Source: a virus. From it: a stretch of DNA of 64,000 bases. Each line of letters starts with the position of its first letter. The stretch's first letter is position 1. The DNA is taken from positions 150,325-214,324 of IMG/VR virus record IMGVR_UViG_3300050120_000230; one strand, 5' to 3'. The notes under the pieces were generated by a model that ran no database searches, was not told the origin of the DNA, and saw only the letters and a list, made by a program, of their open reading frames with translations. A program made the position numbers and the translations under genes. This document shows positions 45,373 through 55,212 of the stretch, one piece after another.

Positions 45373-45664
45373 TAATTGTGAGAAACTGATCCTTCAATCG
45401 CAGGAGGGATCGCATGGCCGTTTTCGCAGAGAAGATCGCGCGTCCCATCGGCCCGGCCGACATGGAATTCTACTATGGCGGCATTGTTTTACGGATGGCG
45501 CTGTTGCTTTCCGGCTACGACGACGCTGGATGGGTCGCTGCGAGCGTCAGGACGCGCATACGCTGGCTTAATCGTGCAGCACGGGCAACGTGCAGCCTTT
45601 TCAATGATTCGGCTGTAGCGGCTCGCCTGCCCCTTCTGGCGCGTAACCTTCAAGAGCGTTCGAA

Positions 45665-46204
45665 GTGATCGACTACGAAGACGGCATGGACGACGATGAT
45701 GTGCGGCAGGCCGAAGACGAACGCCTCCGAGTCATGCGCGCAAGGCAAGCCGAGGTGGATTTCTGCGAGACCCTCTGTGGGATCGCCCCGTCAGAAGTCA
45801 TGGGCCTGTTGGCCAAGATGATGCGGCAGGAGTTCTATCTCTTCCGCACGTCCACCGGCGGCAAGCGGGTTCGCAAATGGAAAGGCGAGCTTCTCGGCAT
45901 CAACGTCGAAGTGACCGAGGTGGATACCGGCAGTATGCCCCTCATGGGCTTTGATAACCGCATGTCGTCCGTGGACTACCACGTCGAAAACGTCGAGTGG
46001 GAGTTTCGAGTTTGCGTGGGCGGCTCCGACAGCTATGTTCGTGACGACGTTCCGCAAGGCAACGCGAAACTGGGTAAGCATCGCGTCAAGGTATCCTATC
46101 CGTGGTTCGAGGGCGATGAAGACACCTATCGCAGCGACATGTCGTTGATCCGACTCATGGGTCTGAACAACGATGACGAGGATTCGAAGGAAGTCATGAT
46201 TTGA
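45665..46204 (+). CDS. hypothetical protein
   Basis: 179-aa ORF. Confidence 0.45.
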   Translation: MIDYEDGMDDDDVRQAEDERLRVMRARQAEVDFCETLCGIAPSEVMGLLAKMMRQEFYLFRTSTGGKRVRKWKGELLGINVEVTEVDTGSMPLMGFDNRMSSVDYHVENVEWEFRVCVGGSDSYVRDDVPQGNAKLGKHRVKVSYPWFEGDEDTYRSDMSLIRLMGLNNDDEDSKEVMI

Positions 46205-46449
46205 AGCCGACTAAGCCGCTTCCGACACACGCAGTTCGCCTGAATCCAATCGACCACGGTTATGCTCTCCGATCCGTTGCCGCAAGCTGGCGAGGCGTTC
46301 GGTATGACATTCGACCGGAAATCAGAACTTGGATGAGGGCCAATTTCAAGCACTTCCGCTACGACCGCGTTCATCGACGGTATGGCGAAGTCATCATCCG
46401 TTTCGATGACCCCAGAGACGCGGTGCTGTTCAAGCTCTTCATGTCCTAA
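46201..46449 (+). CDS. paralog-family protein (...IRTWMRANFKHFRY...RDAVLFKLFMS)
   Basis: 82-aa minimal family member. Confidence 0.55.
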   Translation: MKPTKPLPTHAVRLNPIDHGYALRSVAASWRGVRYDIRPEIRTWMRANFKHFRYDRVHRRYGEVIIRFDDPRDAVLFKLFMS

Positions 46450-46456
46450 ATATGGG

Positions 46457-46861
46457 ATGCGCGCGCGAGAAATCTTCGAGGCCCCGGAACAACTGCGTCT
46501 CTCGATAGAGCGCACCAGCGACACTGCATGGCTCATCACGGCGACCATGGGAGATGAACTGGCGGGAACACTGAGCATTGCCCCATCCCGCTCTGGCTAC
46601 GGCCTGCCGGGCAGCTATTCTGTCATGAACGTCGGCGTGAACCCGCAATATCAGCGCAAGGGCATCGCCACGGCCATGTATGATTTCGCCTACAAGAAGG
46701 GTTTCGCGCCCTTGACGCCTGATCCGAAGCAATCGCCGGACGGGCAGGCATTCTGGGCGAGGGCATACGAGAAAAAGCTGAGACTCGGTAAACCGCGTCC
46801 GACCCATGAGTGGGGCAAACTTCGTGGTTTCCGCAAGCCTCGCAATGGGCCGCCGGAATGA
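46457..46861 (+). CDS. GNAT-family acetyltransferase
   Basis: QYQRKGIATAMYDFAY acetyl-CoA binding motif. Confidence 0.5.
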   Translation: MRAREIFEAPEQLRLSIERTSDTAWLITATMGDELAGTLSIAPSRSGYGLPGSYSVMNVGVNPQYQRKGIATAMYDFAYKKGFAPLTPDPKQSPDGQAFWARAYEKKLRLGKPRPTHEWGKLRGFRKPRNGPPE

Positions 46862-47904
46862 AGCTCTTCGAAGTCCACAAGCAGGGCCAGACGTTCTACG
46901 AGACGGATCACCGGTATCTCTACCACCTGACCGATCATCACGGGTTCGCTTACACCGTGGATCAAAACGCGTTGCGCGCAATGCGACAGGGCTACGTCAG
47001 CACGACGTATGATGCCAACAAGAACGGCGTTTTCGGTTACTCGCATTACGACTTCAAGTTCGTGCTCGACGGCAAGGCGCTCGTGTCAGAATACGGCGGT
47101 TTCAACTACGACCACCACATCATGGTCGGCGACGCAAAGAACATCGAGTCGTTGGATGAACGCGAGATCGGTATCGAGACGGGCGAGATTGAACCGTTCA
47201 GCCAATACCTTCTCGGCACCCAACTTCTGTTCCCGATTTTCAGTCAGAAATCTATCCAATGGCTGCTCTACGACAACAAGGAAATGTCGGGATGGGGCAC
47301 GAAGCGGACGCAGGCTCCGCGCACCATCGAGACGCTCTACAAGGTCATGGTCGAGTGGAAGAAACCGATCTGGGTCTACGACACCAAACCGCGCAAAATG
47401 AACGCCCACGAGATGCAATTCATCGAAGATGTCCTGAAGCTCCACAACGCCGGTGCGAACTTCGACGAGGGGATGCGAGAGCTTTCCGCGAAATACCCGA
47501 TCAAGGATCACTGGGACAAAGATTTGGATCGCCGGATGGTGGAACGCCGCCAGCAATCCGAGGTGATCTACAAGGCCCTGAACAAATATTATCAGGGGCG
47601 CCCATACCAGAAGGTGGACACGAGCGTCGTTCGCAATCTCATCACCAAAGCGATCAATGTGCTCGGGCTCGGGAACAACATCGAATCTGTTGTGCTTGGA
47701 GCAATTGAAGAGCAGGGCTTGTTCCACCAGATGATGGCCCCTGTGGATTGGGGAATTATCCTCAAGCCGCTCATGGATGGCGATGTCGAGGACGCTCTAG
47801 AGCATATCCAGTGGACCGGCCGTGAGAAGGCCAGCCACAAGCGTCGATATGATGCCGACCCGGAACAATTTGCCTATTCGAACCACGTTGGAACGCGTTT
47901 CTAA
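46858..47904 (+). CDS. hypothetical protein (348 aa)
   Basis: ATGA overlap with GNAT stop. Confidence 0.5.
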   Translation: MKLFEVHKQGQTFYETDHRYLYHLTDHHGFAYTVDQNALRAMRQGYVSTTYDANKNGVFGYSHYDFKFVLDGKALVSEYGGFNYDHHIMVGDAKNIESLDEREIGIETGEIEPFSQYLLGTQLLFPIFSQKSIQWLLYDNKEMSGWGTKRTQAPRTIETLYKVMVEWKKPIWVYDTKPRKMNAHEMQFIEDVLKLHNAGANFDEGMRELSAKYPIKDHWDKDLDRRMVERRQQSEVIYKALNKYYQGRPYQKVDTSVVRNLITKAINVLGLGNNIESVVLGAIEEQGLFHQMMAPVDWGIILKPLMDGDVEDALEHIQWTGREKASHKRRYDADPEQFAYSNHVGTRF

Positions 47905-48003
47905 TTTTTGGTTAACGAGATTTTGACTTCAGTGCGATACCTGCCTATTGTGCGGAGATCGGGCGGTGACGCCTGAATTTCACTGAAGGAAGACAAAAAA
48001 ACT

Positions 48004-48543
48004 ATGAAGCAATTTATTGCGACTTTGGCCGCTGTGGCGGCTTTCGCGGTTGCCGGTTCGGCTGCTGCGGCTTCTCCGGTTGCGGGCTATTACGTCCAAG
48101 GCTCCGGTGGTCAGAACTACCAATCCGACCGTGACAGCGGCACTGCCCTGTCCGCGTCGTTCGGCAAGGACTTCGGCAAGGTCCGGGTTGAAGGCGAATA
48201 CCTCGCGACTCGCGGCACCAACTCCGCGACGCTCGGCGACACTGCCGCCAACCTCGTGAACGCCAACGTGTTCTATCAGCCGATCACGTTCGCGAACATC
48301 ACCCCGTTCATCGGAGCGGGCGTCGGTTACGGCGAACTGTTCCGCAGCGGCGTGGTGGGTGACCAAAATGGCGTCGTGTTCAACGGCACCGTGGGCGTCT
48401 CCTATCCGATCAGCGGCAAGCTGAGCGCGGTTCTGCAATATCGTGAGTTCCTCGCGAACTCGATCCAGTTCCGCAAGGCTCCGGGCAACACCGACAACTA
48501 CAAGGCGTCGGTTGCCACCATGGGTCTGCGCTACACCTTCTAA
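48004..48543 (+). CDS. outer-membrane beta-barrel protein (Lom/Ail/OmpX-like)
   Basis: signal peptide MKQFIATLAAVAAFAVAGSAAAA, alternating beta-strand pattern, C-terminal aromatic ...GLRYTF. Confidence 0.6.
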   Translation: MKQFIATLAAVAAFAVAGSAAAASPVAGYYVQGSGGQNYQSDRDSGTALSASFGKDFGKVRVEGEYLATRGTNSATLGDTAANLVNANVFYQPITFANITPFIGAGVGYGELFRSGVVGDQNGVVFNGTVGVSYPISGKLSAVLQYREFLANSIQFRKAPGNTDNYKASVATMGLRYTF

Positions 48544-48570
48544 GGTTAACGCCCCATTGAAGTAGTTATG

Positions 48571-48602
48571 AGGGGCGGGGGCAAGTTCTCCCGCCCCTTT
48601 TT
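48571..48602 (+). terminator. rho-independent terminator
   Basis: aggggcggggg...cccgcccc hairpin followed by TTTTT. Confidence 0.55.
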
Positions 48603-48613
48603 CTTGACACGAC

Positions 48614-49831
48614 ATGGAACTCTTCTATGGTGTGTCGTATACAGTCTCGGAGGCTCACTTGCCAGAACCGCTCTTGTTCGGGATCATTTTGATCCCCGTC
48701 GCGATTTCGTTGTTCTGCAAGTATGCCTTGCGGTTCGAGATTTCGTGGCTCGAATTCGCCGCGCAACTGGTGATTGGTTTCTGCGTCTTCAGCCTGATTT
48801 GGGCTGTCGGTCGCTACTCGGCCGCCGGAGACACCGAAATCCTCAATGGCACGGTGCAGTCGAAGAACGCATGGCGTTTCTCCTGTCCGACCAACACCAG
48901 CAATCCGTGCCGCAACGGCTATTCCTGCCACTCGCACCAAGTCTGCTCGACCGTTGGTAGTGGCAAGGACGCCCATGAGTCGTGCCATGAAGAGCACGAT
49001 ACCTGCTACGAATACGACTGGGAGCAGAACTGGTATGTGAAGTCGAACGTGCCGACCGCTTCCGAGATCGAGATCAAGCGCGTGGACGCGCAGGGCGCCT
49101 ATATGCCGCCGCGCTACGACAAGGTTCAGGTCGGCGACCCGGTCTCCGGCACACATGCCTACAAGAACTGGGTGAAGGCTTCGGTCAACTCGCTCTTCAA
49201 GGAAGATGCGGGCAAGGACGAGACCTACAAGGCGCTGATGAAGCCCTATCCCATCGGCATCGTCGATTACTACAACATCGACCGGATCGTGACGCCCAAT
49301 TTCCCGCTCGCCAACAAGCAAGCTTGGAACTGGGAACTGTCCAAGATGCTGGGCAAGCTCGGCCCGAGCCGTCAGATGAACATGGTGGTGGTCATCGCCA
49401 ACAACGTTCCGCGCGACTACGCCTATGGCGTTCGTCGTAGCTGGCAGGGGTTCAAAAAGAACGACGCGATCATCGTGATCGGCCTGCAAAATGGCAAGGT
49501 GTCGTGGGGCGAAACGATGTCGTGGTCGAAAAACTCGATCTTCAACATCGAAATGCGTAATATGGTGACCGATCTGCAAGGGACGGACATCAATGCGGTG
49601 AACCCCGCGACGTTCTTCGCCAACGTTCAGACGATCTCCACCAAGGACTTCGTCCGCCGCCCGATGAAAGAATTCGAGTACCTCAAGGGGGACATCCCGC
49701 CGCCGGTTTGGTTGATCGTCCTCTCCGTCATTCTCGCCATCCTGTTTGGCGTGGGAACCAGCGTGCTTTTCAACAACGTCGATCTTGACGCCGCGATCTT
49801 CTCCGGCCGTCGCAACCAGAATTGGAGCTAA
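48614..49831 (+). CDS. membrane protein (N-terminal 2 TM + C-terminal TM, Cys-rich periplasmic region)
   Basis: 405-aa ORF. Confidence 0.5.
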   Translation: MELFYGVSYTVSEAHLPEPLLFGIILIPVAISLFCKYALRFEISWLEFAAQLVIGFCVFSLIWAVGRYSAAGDTEILNGTVQSKNAWRFSCPTNTSNPCRNGYSCHSHQVCSTVGSGKDAHESCHEEHDTCYEYDWEQNWYVKSNVPTASEIEIKRVDAQGAYMPPRYDKVQVGDPVSGTHAYKNWVKASVNSLFKEDAGKDETYKALMKPYPIGIVDYYNIDRIVTPNFPLANKQAWNWELSKMLGKLGPSRQMNMVVVIANNVPRDYAYGVRRSWQGFKKNDAIIVIGLQNGKVSWGETMSWSKNSIFNIEMRNMVTDLQGTDINAVNPATFFANVQTISTKDFVRRPMKEFEYLKGDIPPPVWLIVLSVILAILFGVGTSVLFNNVDLDAAIFSGRRNQNWS

Positions 49832-50460
49832 CTTTGTCCGACACCACCGCAACTCGTTCGGGGCCGAACGGCCTCATCATCGGCCTCTGCGTCGCCGCAG
49901 CCGTCGTGGCCGTGCTCTTCGTCATGCTGTTCAGCAGCTACACCGGCGCCGTCGCCTATGGTGCTCAGTCCGAGCAGCAGATCAACGCGACGTGGGAGAA
50001 CAACAAGCAAATCCTCGGGACCTACACGACCAAGATCGGCGAAATGGCCCAAGTCCCCGGCATGGCTCGCGGCGACCTTCAGAAGGTCATCCAGACCAGC
50101 ATGTCGGCGCGCTACGGCGAGGATGGGTCCAAGGCCACCGTGCAGTGGATTCACGAGAACTATCCGGGCTCCGTTGACCCCGCGCTTTATCGCAACATCC
50201 AGACCGCTATCGACGCGGGCCGTACCGACTTCTCGGAGAACCAGAAGCGCCTTCTGGACCAGAAGCGTGAATACCAGACCCACCTCGCCTACGTGGTGCA
50301 GGGGTTCTGGCTGCACGCCGCTGGCTATCCGAAGATGGACCTGAACAAGTTCAACGTGGTCACCTCGACTTCGGCCGAACACTCGTTCACCACCGGCGTC
50401 GATGACGGCGTGAAGCTGCCGAGTTCCGACCCGGCGCCTGCGGCTCCGGCCAGCAAGTAA
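49822..50460 (+). CDS. LemA-like single-pass membrane protein
   Basis: N-terminal TM then ...QINATWENNKQILGTYT... region resembling LemA; moderate. Confidence 0.4.
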   Translation: MELTLSDTTATRSGPNGLIIGLCVAAAVVAVLFVMLFSSYTGAVAYGAQSEQQINATWENNKQILGTYTTKIGEMAQVPGMARGDLQKVIQTSMSARYGEDGSKATVQWIHENYPGSVDPALYRNIQTAIDAGRTDFSENQKRLLDQKREYQTHLAYVVQGFWLHAAGYPKMDLNKFNVVTSTSAEHSFTTGVDDGVKLPSSDPAPAAPASK

Positions 50461-50476
50461 GCGTTCACCCATCGGC

Positions 50477-50510
50477 AATACTGGGAGAGGCGGGGCATGT
50501 CCCCGCCTTT
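50477..50510 (+). terminator. rho-independent terminator
   Basis: ggagaggcggggcatgtccccgcc hairpin followed by TTTTCTATTT. Confidence 0.5.
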
Positions 50511-50580
50511 TCTATTTGGTTGACGAGAATCACTTCTGGGGTAAACTGTAGGCATAAGGGAACAACCCGGAGGCACAACT

Positions 50581-51018
50581 ATGACCGAGCGCATGACTTT
50601 CACCACCGTCAATGGCTACAAGGCTTCCGCTGCGGATCAGGTCGATACCATCCGCAAGCTTCTCGAAGGCTTCGGCTCCATCGCCTACATGTCCGGCACG
50701 CGCGGCATCGAAATGAAGCTCGGCGCCGAAATCAACATGCGTCTGGCCATCCTTCACAATCTGTTCGCCCGCATGACGGTCGCTGACCAGATCGACGAAG
50801 AAGAACTCGAAGGGAAGGGCGCGCGCATCGACCGCCTCGACAAGCAAGGCCGCGAAGTTCTCCGCGAAGAACTGGCCTTCATCGCCGGGACCGTCAACGA
50901 CCCCTATCTCTACGCCTCGGAACCGGTCAACTACCAGCAGGCCGCCGTCATCAACCTCCACAAGGCCCGCGACATCCTCGCCTATCGTGTGGAACGCAAC
51001 ACGCGCGACCCGGCCTGA
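50581..51018 (+). CDS. hypothetical protein
   Basis: 145-aa ORF downstream of TTGACG-N17-TAAACT promoter-like element. Confidence 0.45.
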   Translation: MTERMTFTTVNGYKASAADQVDTIRKLLEGFGSIAYMSGTRGIEMKLGAEINMRLAILHNLFARMTVADQIDEEELEGKGARIDRLDKQGREVLREELAFIAGTVNDPYLYASEPVNYQQAAVINLHKARDILAYRVERNTRDPA

Positions 51019-51196
51019 TGCGTCGCGAAGTCGTAACCGTGGGGGCGCTTTTGCGTCGTGGCTTCCGGCGAATGCTGGACCAAGAGGGTGTTTCCTATTC
51101 GGAAGACAGGGGGTTCCTCGACAGCCAGTTCATCGTCAAGGGTGAACCCGAGGCGATGGCCCGCGTCGAAAAGCGCATCAAGGACACGCTCGGGAA

Positions 51197-51766
51197 ATGA
51201 AGGCCATTTCCAAAGCCATCAAACGCGTTGAGGTAAAGGCCACCATCGAACGCAAGTATGAGGTGGTTCTCACGAACAGCGAGAACCAGACCATTTGCGC
51301 GCTGCTGACCAATTCGCTCCGCGAGGCCCTCACCGAGGCAGCGGAGTGGGCCGACTTCTGTGGCATCGTTCTAACGCCGTATCGCGTCATGGGTAAGATC
51401 GTAGAGCCGGTCACCAAGGACACCTACAAGCAAACCACGCTCAAGACGTTCGCGCAGCTTCATGCGGAATATCGGACGAGCGGTGGCGAACTGAATTGGA
51501 ACAAGCTGATGCATTGGGAGTGGCAACGCTTCCGGGGCACCTACAAGGACAAGGAAGCCATGAAGTTGTGGCTCCTGCCGCATTTCATGGAGAGCAAGCC
51601 GCCGACGTTTGATGAGGCGGTGGCCCGTGCAGGGACCAAAGACTCCCCGGCCGTCGAATGGCTGAGCGCCAACGCCACGGGCTCGTGGATGCCTTCCAAG
51701 GGCGGCTATCGGTTCTCCGATGATCGAGATGCCGCTCTGTTCAAACTGTTTTTCGCTGGAAACTAG
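51197..51766 (+). CDS. paralog-family protein (...AVEWLSANATGSWMP...DDRDAALFKLFFAGN)
   Basis: 189-aa ORF. Confidence 0.5.
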   Translation: MKAISKAIKRVEVKATIERKYEVVLTNSENQTICALLTNSLREALTEAAEWADFCGIVLTPYRVMGKIVEPVTKDTYKQTTLKTFAQLHAEYRTSGGELNWNKLMHWEWQRFRGTYKDKEAMKLWLLPHFMESKPPTFDEAVARAGTKDSPAVEWLSANATGSWMPSKGGYRFSDDRDAALFKLFFAGN

Positions 51767-51775
51767 GAGGATCGC

Positions 51776-52165
51776 ATGTTCGAGATTCACGGCGAGGCCG
51801 ATTCGAAAGTTCTCTACGATCTGTGCACCGAGCTTGGCGCGGATTACCGCAAGACCGCCGTCGTGCCGCTGGCGAGCGACATTGACACACGCATCGCCGC
51901 CGCACTGGCCGTGCCTGTGGCGCCCTACGCCAACTCCTTGGAAGCGGCTTTCGCGTTGAGGGACATCGTTTTCCCGAACGTCGAATATCTGAACGTGGAT
52001 TTTCGCGAATATTTCTATGCGGATCACGGCATGTCCTATCATTGTGACGTGCGACATGAATACGGAGAAGGCTGCGGCCGGGGCTCCACCCGCGCCCGCG
52101 CGCTGGTGTGCGCTATCCTGATGCACGTCATCTATGCGTTGGATGAGCAACGGACTTCACGCTGA
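51776..52165 (+). CDS. hypothetical protein
   Basis: 129-aa ORF with GGAGGA RBS. Confidence 0.4.
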   Translation: MFEIHGEADSKVLYDLCTELGADYRKTAVVPLASDIDTRIAAALAVPVAPYANSLEAAFALRDIVFPNVEYLNVDFREYFYADHGMSYHCDVRHEYGEGCGRGSTRARALVCAILMHVIYALDEQRTSR

Positions 52166-52587
52166 TGTTCTACGAGAAGGCCCTGCGTGGCCTCTCCATC
52201 GATGAGATGCAAAAGCTCATCAACATCATCGTAGCCGAAGGTCAGCGAAGCCAACCCCTCCTGACCGACTACGGGAAGATTACCAACGACGTTGTGTGGC
52301 TGCATAGCATCATGGGTATCGCGTTGCAGTTCACCTACCACAAGGGCAACGTGAACGTGCCGTCGTTCCGTCTAGAGGGTTCAGAGTGGGCGATCACTTT
52401 CAAAGGGTCGCGAAGCTCATCGCTGATGCCGCGCTTTCACGATTACATCGAAATCAGGATCGGGCCTCTGGAACGTACCATGCGTCCGCCGCCCACCGCG
52501 ACTAAGTTTTTCGCGCACCAATTTCGGCGGCGTGGTAAACTGTCGGACTTCAAGCACGACCTGACTTTGCTGAGGCTGACCCTGTGA
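52165..52587 (+). CDS. hypothetical protein
   Basis: 140-aa ORF. Confidence 0.4.
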   Translation: MFYEKALRGLSIDEMQKLINIIVAEGQRSQPLLTDYGKITNDVVWLHSIMGIALQFTYHKGNVNVPSFRLEGSEWAITFKGSRSSSLMPRFHDYIEIRIGPLERTMRPPPTATKFFAHQFRRRGKLSDFKHDLTLLRLTL

Positions 52588-52883
52588 CCAGATATCGATT
52601 GAACATCGAAAGCGTAGCTCGTGTCGGCGGCTTCGTTGCGATGCTGTCTGTGTTTTTTATTTTGATGGGAACAACACCGGAAGATAGTGTGCCGCCGTGG
52701 TGGGCCATCGCTCCCATGATCGTGTTGTTTTTGATGAGCGTCATCTATCTCTCTGGCGGCAACGCAGGCATGAAGTATTTCGGAGACTGCCTCGCCAAGT
52801 TCTTCCTCATCAAGATCGAACCCGCCGATGAGATTTCCGAGATCGACGAGGATCGCTGCAAGGGCCGAGAGGTTCCAGATTGA
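52584..52883 (+). CDS. small membrane protein
   Basis: two TM helices. Confidence 0.4.
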   Translation: MTRYRLNIESVARVGGFVAMLSVFFILMGTTPEDSVPPWWAIAPMIVLFLMSVIYLSGGNAGMKYFGDCLAKFFLIKIEPADEISEIDEDRCKGREVPD

Positions 52884-53188
52884 AGCTCTTCCTCGACGAT
52901 GAACGGTTTCCTCCGAACGATGGTGCGTTCTGGATCATCGTCAGAGACGTGGGCGAAGCCGTGACGTTGATGGAGCAGACCGGCTGTCCGGGTTTCCTGT
53001 CGTTCGATCATGATCTCGGGAAGAACGTCCCCACGGGTTATGATCTGGCTCACTGGATGGTTGAGCGAGACATGGACCAAGATGGCAAGTTCATCCCCGC
53101 CAATTTTGAATACTACGTTCACAGTCAAAACCCACCGGGGGCCGCGAACATCAAGGCTTTGCTCGACAATTACTTGAAACAGCGGTAA
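52880..53188 (+). CDS. hypothetical protein with receiver-like acidic pocket (LFLDDER...SFDHDLG)
   Basis: 102-aa ORF. Confidence 0.4.
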   Translation: MKLFLDDERFPPNDGAFWIIVRDVGEAVTLMEQTGCPGFLSFDHDLGKNVPTGYDLAHWMVERDMDQDGKFIPANFEYYVHSQNPPGAANIKALLDNYLKQR

Positions 53189-53593
53189 ATAGGGTCTCCA
53201 CCAACGGAGAACCCCGATGAAACAGAAGCAGCCGCGCAAGGCGCGGAACATGGTGGCGAAGGCAATGCACGAGTGCAAGCTGTTCGCCCCGAAAGCCATC
53301 CCCTCCAAAAAGGGCAAGGGCACCATCTACAACCGTAAGAGCCGGAACGCCAAAGAGCCTTCCGGCTCTTATTATTTTGGACTACTGGTTCGCTCCGACA
53401 TATACTTTGGGCATGGCGTTTGCATTTAGAAACTTCGTGATTGCTATCGGTTGCTTGGGCGTTGTGCTCGGCTTCGGCGGCATGATCGTGGATTGTTTCT
53501 TCAATGCCGTCTGGCCGGTCACCGCAGTGGGGTTCTTGCTTTGGTGGATCGCTGGCGAAACGCTCTGCAAAATAGACGGAGACGAGGATTAAC

Positions 53594-53866
53594 ATGCCAT
53601 CCATGGAACTAGATGCATCTGACATTCAATTGCTGGCCAAGGCCAAGCAAGGCCCCGTATATCGCGGGCTGTTCGGCTGGCCGATCAACTCGATGATCGG
53701 CCCCATGCGAATCCAACACATGGTAGACTACGGCTACCTGCAATTCATTTACGACTGGGGTAAGGATCGCCCGGCCGTCCGCATCACGTCGCTGGGAGAC
53801 TGTCGCCTGCGAGAAGAGTTGGAGCGCGACGTGCAGATCGTTCGGGGCGTCGATATTCGCGTCTAA
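53594..53866 (+). CDS. hypothetical protein
   Basis: 90-aa ORF with GGAGA RBS. Confidence 0.4.
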   Translation: MPSMELDASDIQLLAKAKQGPVYRGLFGWPINSMIGPMRIQHMVDYGYLQFIYDWGKDRPAVRITSLGDCRLREELERDVQIVRGVDIRV

Positions 53867-54184
53867 GCGAAGAAAAATATTGCAGCCCAATCTCGTATAC
53901 CATATATTCAAATCTCGGGTCGGCCAAACGTGCACGTTCGGCTTTTCCGAGTTACGCCCGTCCAAGCGACCGCATGAGGACGTTAAACTAAAGGGTGGTG
54001 GCTTTTAGCCCGGTTGGGTCGAAACCGGCTCTTGTTTAGGGGACCAAGTTCAACATCCTCTGCGCTCGCTTGTGGCGCGATGGCGCTAGTCATCATTACA
54101 GGTCGGCCCCGCTCTGGGCCGCATTATGGGGTAAGCTACCCCTTGAAAGGCCCCGGCGTATGGCATCGCCGGGGCTTTGGCATG

Positions 54185-54433
54185 TCAGGGCGGATAATCC
54201 ACCCAGAACCCCAGTTTGAACATCACGCCGTGTTCCGCTTCCGTGAAGAACATGAACGTGTTGTTCCATTCGGCATCATAGCCACTGTGATCCGCCCAAC
54301 GCAGAGCGCGCCCAATTTCTTCGGTAGTCGCCCTTCGACAGAGTATGTCGAAAAATGCGACGCGAAACGGATACTTCTCCGCGAACTCGCCCGTCGCTTC
54401 AGCCGTCCAAGAGACTTTGTAGGACGGAATCAC
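54185..54433 (-). CDS. paralog-family protein (...ALRWADHSGYDAEWNNTFMFF...HGVMFKLGFW)
   Basis: ORF 54185..54571 trimmed to GTG overlapping the upstream stop (GTGA). Confidence 0.45.
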   Translation of the reverse strand: MIPSYKVSWTAEATGEFAEKYPFRVAFFDILCRRATTEEIGRALRWADHSGYDAEWNNTFMFFTEAEHGVMFKLGFWVDYPP

Positions 54434-54861
54434 GCGGCCAGTTCCAACAGATCGTCTTTCAGATCGTTCATGAACTGGTTGGCCAACCGCACGGCATGAT
54501 CGGAGTTGGCTTTCACGCCATCCGCCCAAACCTGCTGAAGCTTCGCATCGGTGAACACCTCGTCGGCACACGATGCATGTAGCGCGTCTCGGCGTTTCTG
54601 AATGATCGCGACGGCCTGCCGCACGTCGCTCATCGTAAACTGGCTGGTGGCGATTTTGCCGAACAGTTTTGCTTCCAAAGCGGCCGGGCCAAGTTCATCT
54701 CGGCGGCGAGACTGCGCTTCGTGCTTGGCGCCATGGCGATTACCTCCCACGAGGTTCCACGCGTTCGACAGGTGGCTCAGGCGAGCCCGGTCGGAACTGG
54801 ACAAGGTGATGACGGTTTCGATCTTCATGGCGGCCTCCTTCATTTCCAGTATACCCCACAT
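54430..54861 (-). CDS. hypothetical protein
   Basis: 143-aa helical ORF. Confidence 0.45.
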   Translation of the reverse strand: MWGILEMKEAAMKIETVITLSSSDRARLSHLSNAWNLVGGNRHGAKHEAQSRRRDELGPAALEAKLFGKIATSQFTMSDVRQAVAIIQKRRDALHASCADEVFTDAKLQQVWADGVKANSDHAVRLANQFMNDLKDDLLELAA

Positions 54862-54879
54862 TCTGGAAATGATGACCGC

Positions 54880-55212
54880 CTAGTAGGATTTTAATTTCGG
54901 AGGGTTTTCCATACCGGGCCAATGTGTCGGCTCCGGCATGGACTCGTCACTGAAGAACAGCCTGAACATCGCGCGGTCACGTTCGTCTCTAAAGGAGAAC
55001 GATCCGTAGCGATTGCTCCACACCATATGGCTCTTCAAGTTGCGGTCGCACCAGTCGAGCATCTCGTTCATTTTCACGCGACTGTAGGGCTGAGCCATCG
55101 ACATCTTGTCCGTCGATGTCCAATATTCACAGGCCGGATAGAGACCGAACTCAAGCGAACCTTTGCGCTGCTGAAGTTCGTTGATCGGTTCGAGATACCA
55201 GAACTTGGCCAT
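54880..55212 (-). CDS. paralog-family protein (...MLDWCDRNLKSHMVW...DERDRAMFRLFFS)
   Basis: 110-aa ORF. Confidence 0.5.
   Translation of the reverse strand: MAKFWYLEPINELQQRKGSLEFGLYPACEYWTSTDKMSMAQPYSRVKMNEMLDWCDRNLKSHMVWSNRYGSFSFRDERDRAMFRLFFSDESMPEPTHWPGMENPPKLKSY

Noticed and set aside
53217-53592. ORFs 53217..53429 and 53377..53592
   Set aside because: Short overlapping frames; one may be a small membrane protein but the evidence is too weak to call.
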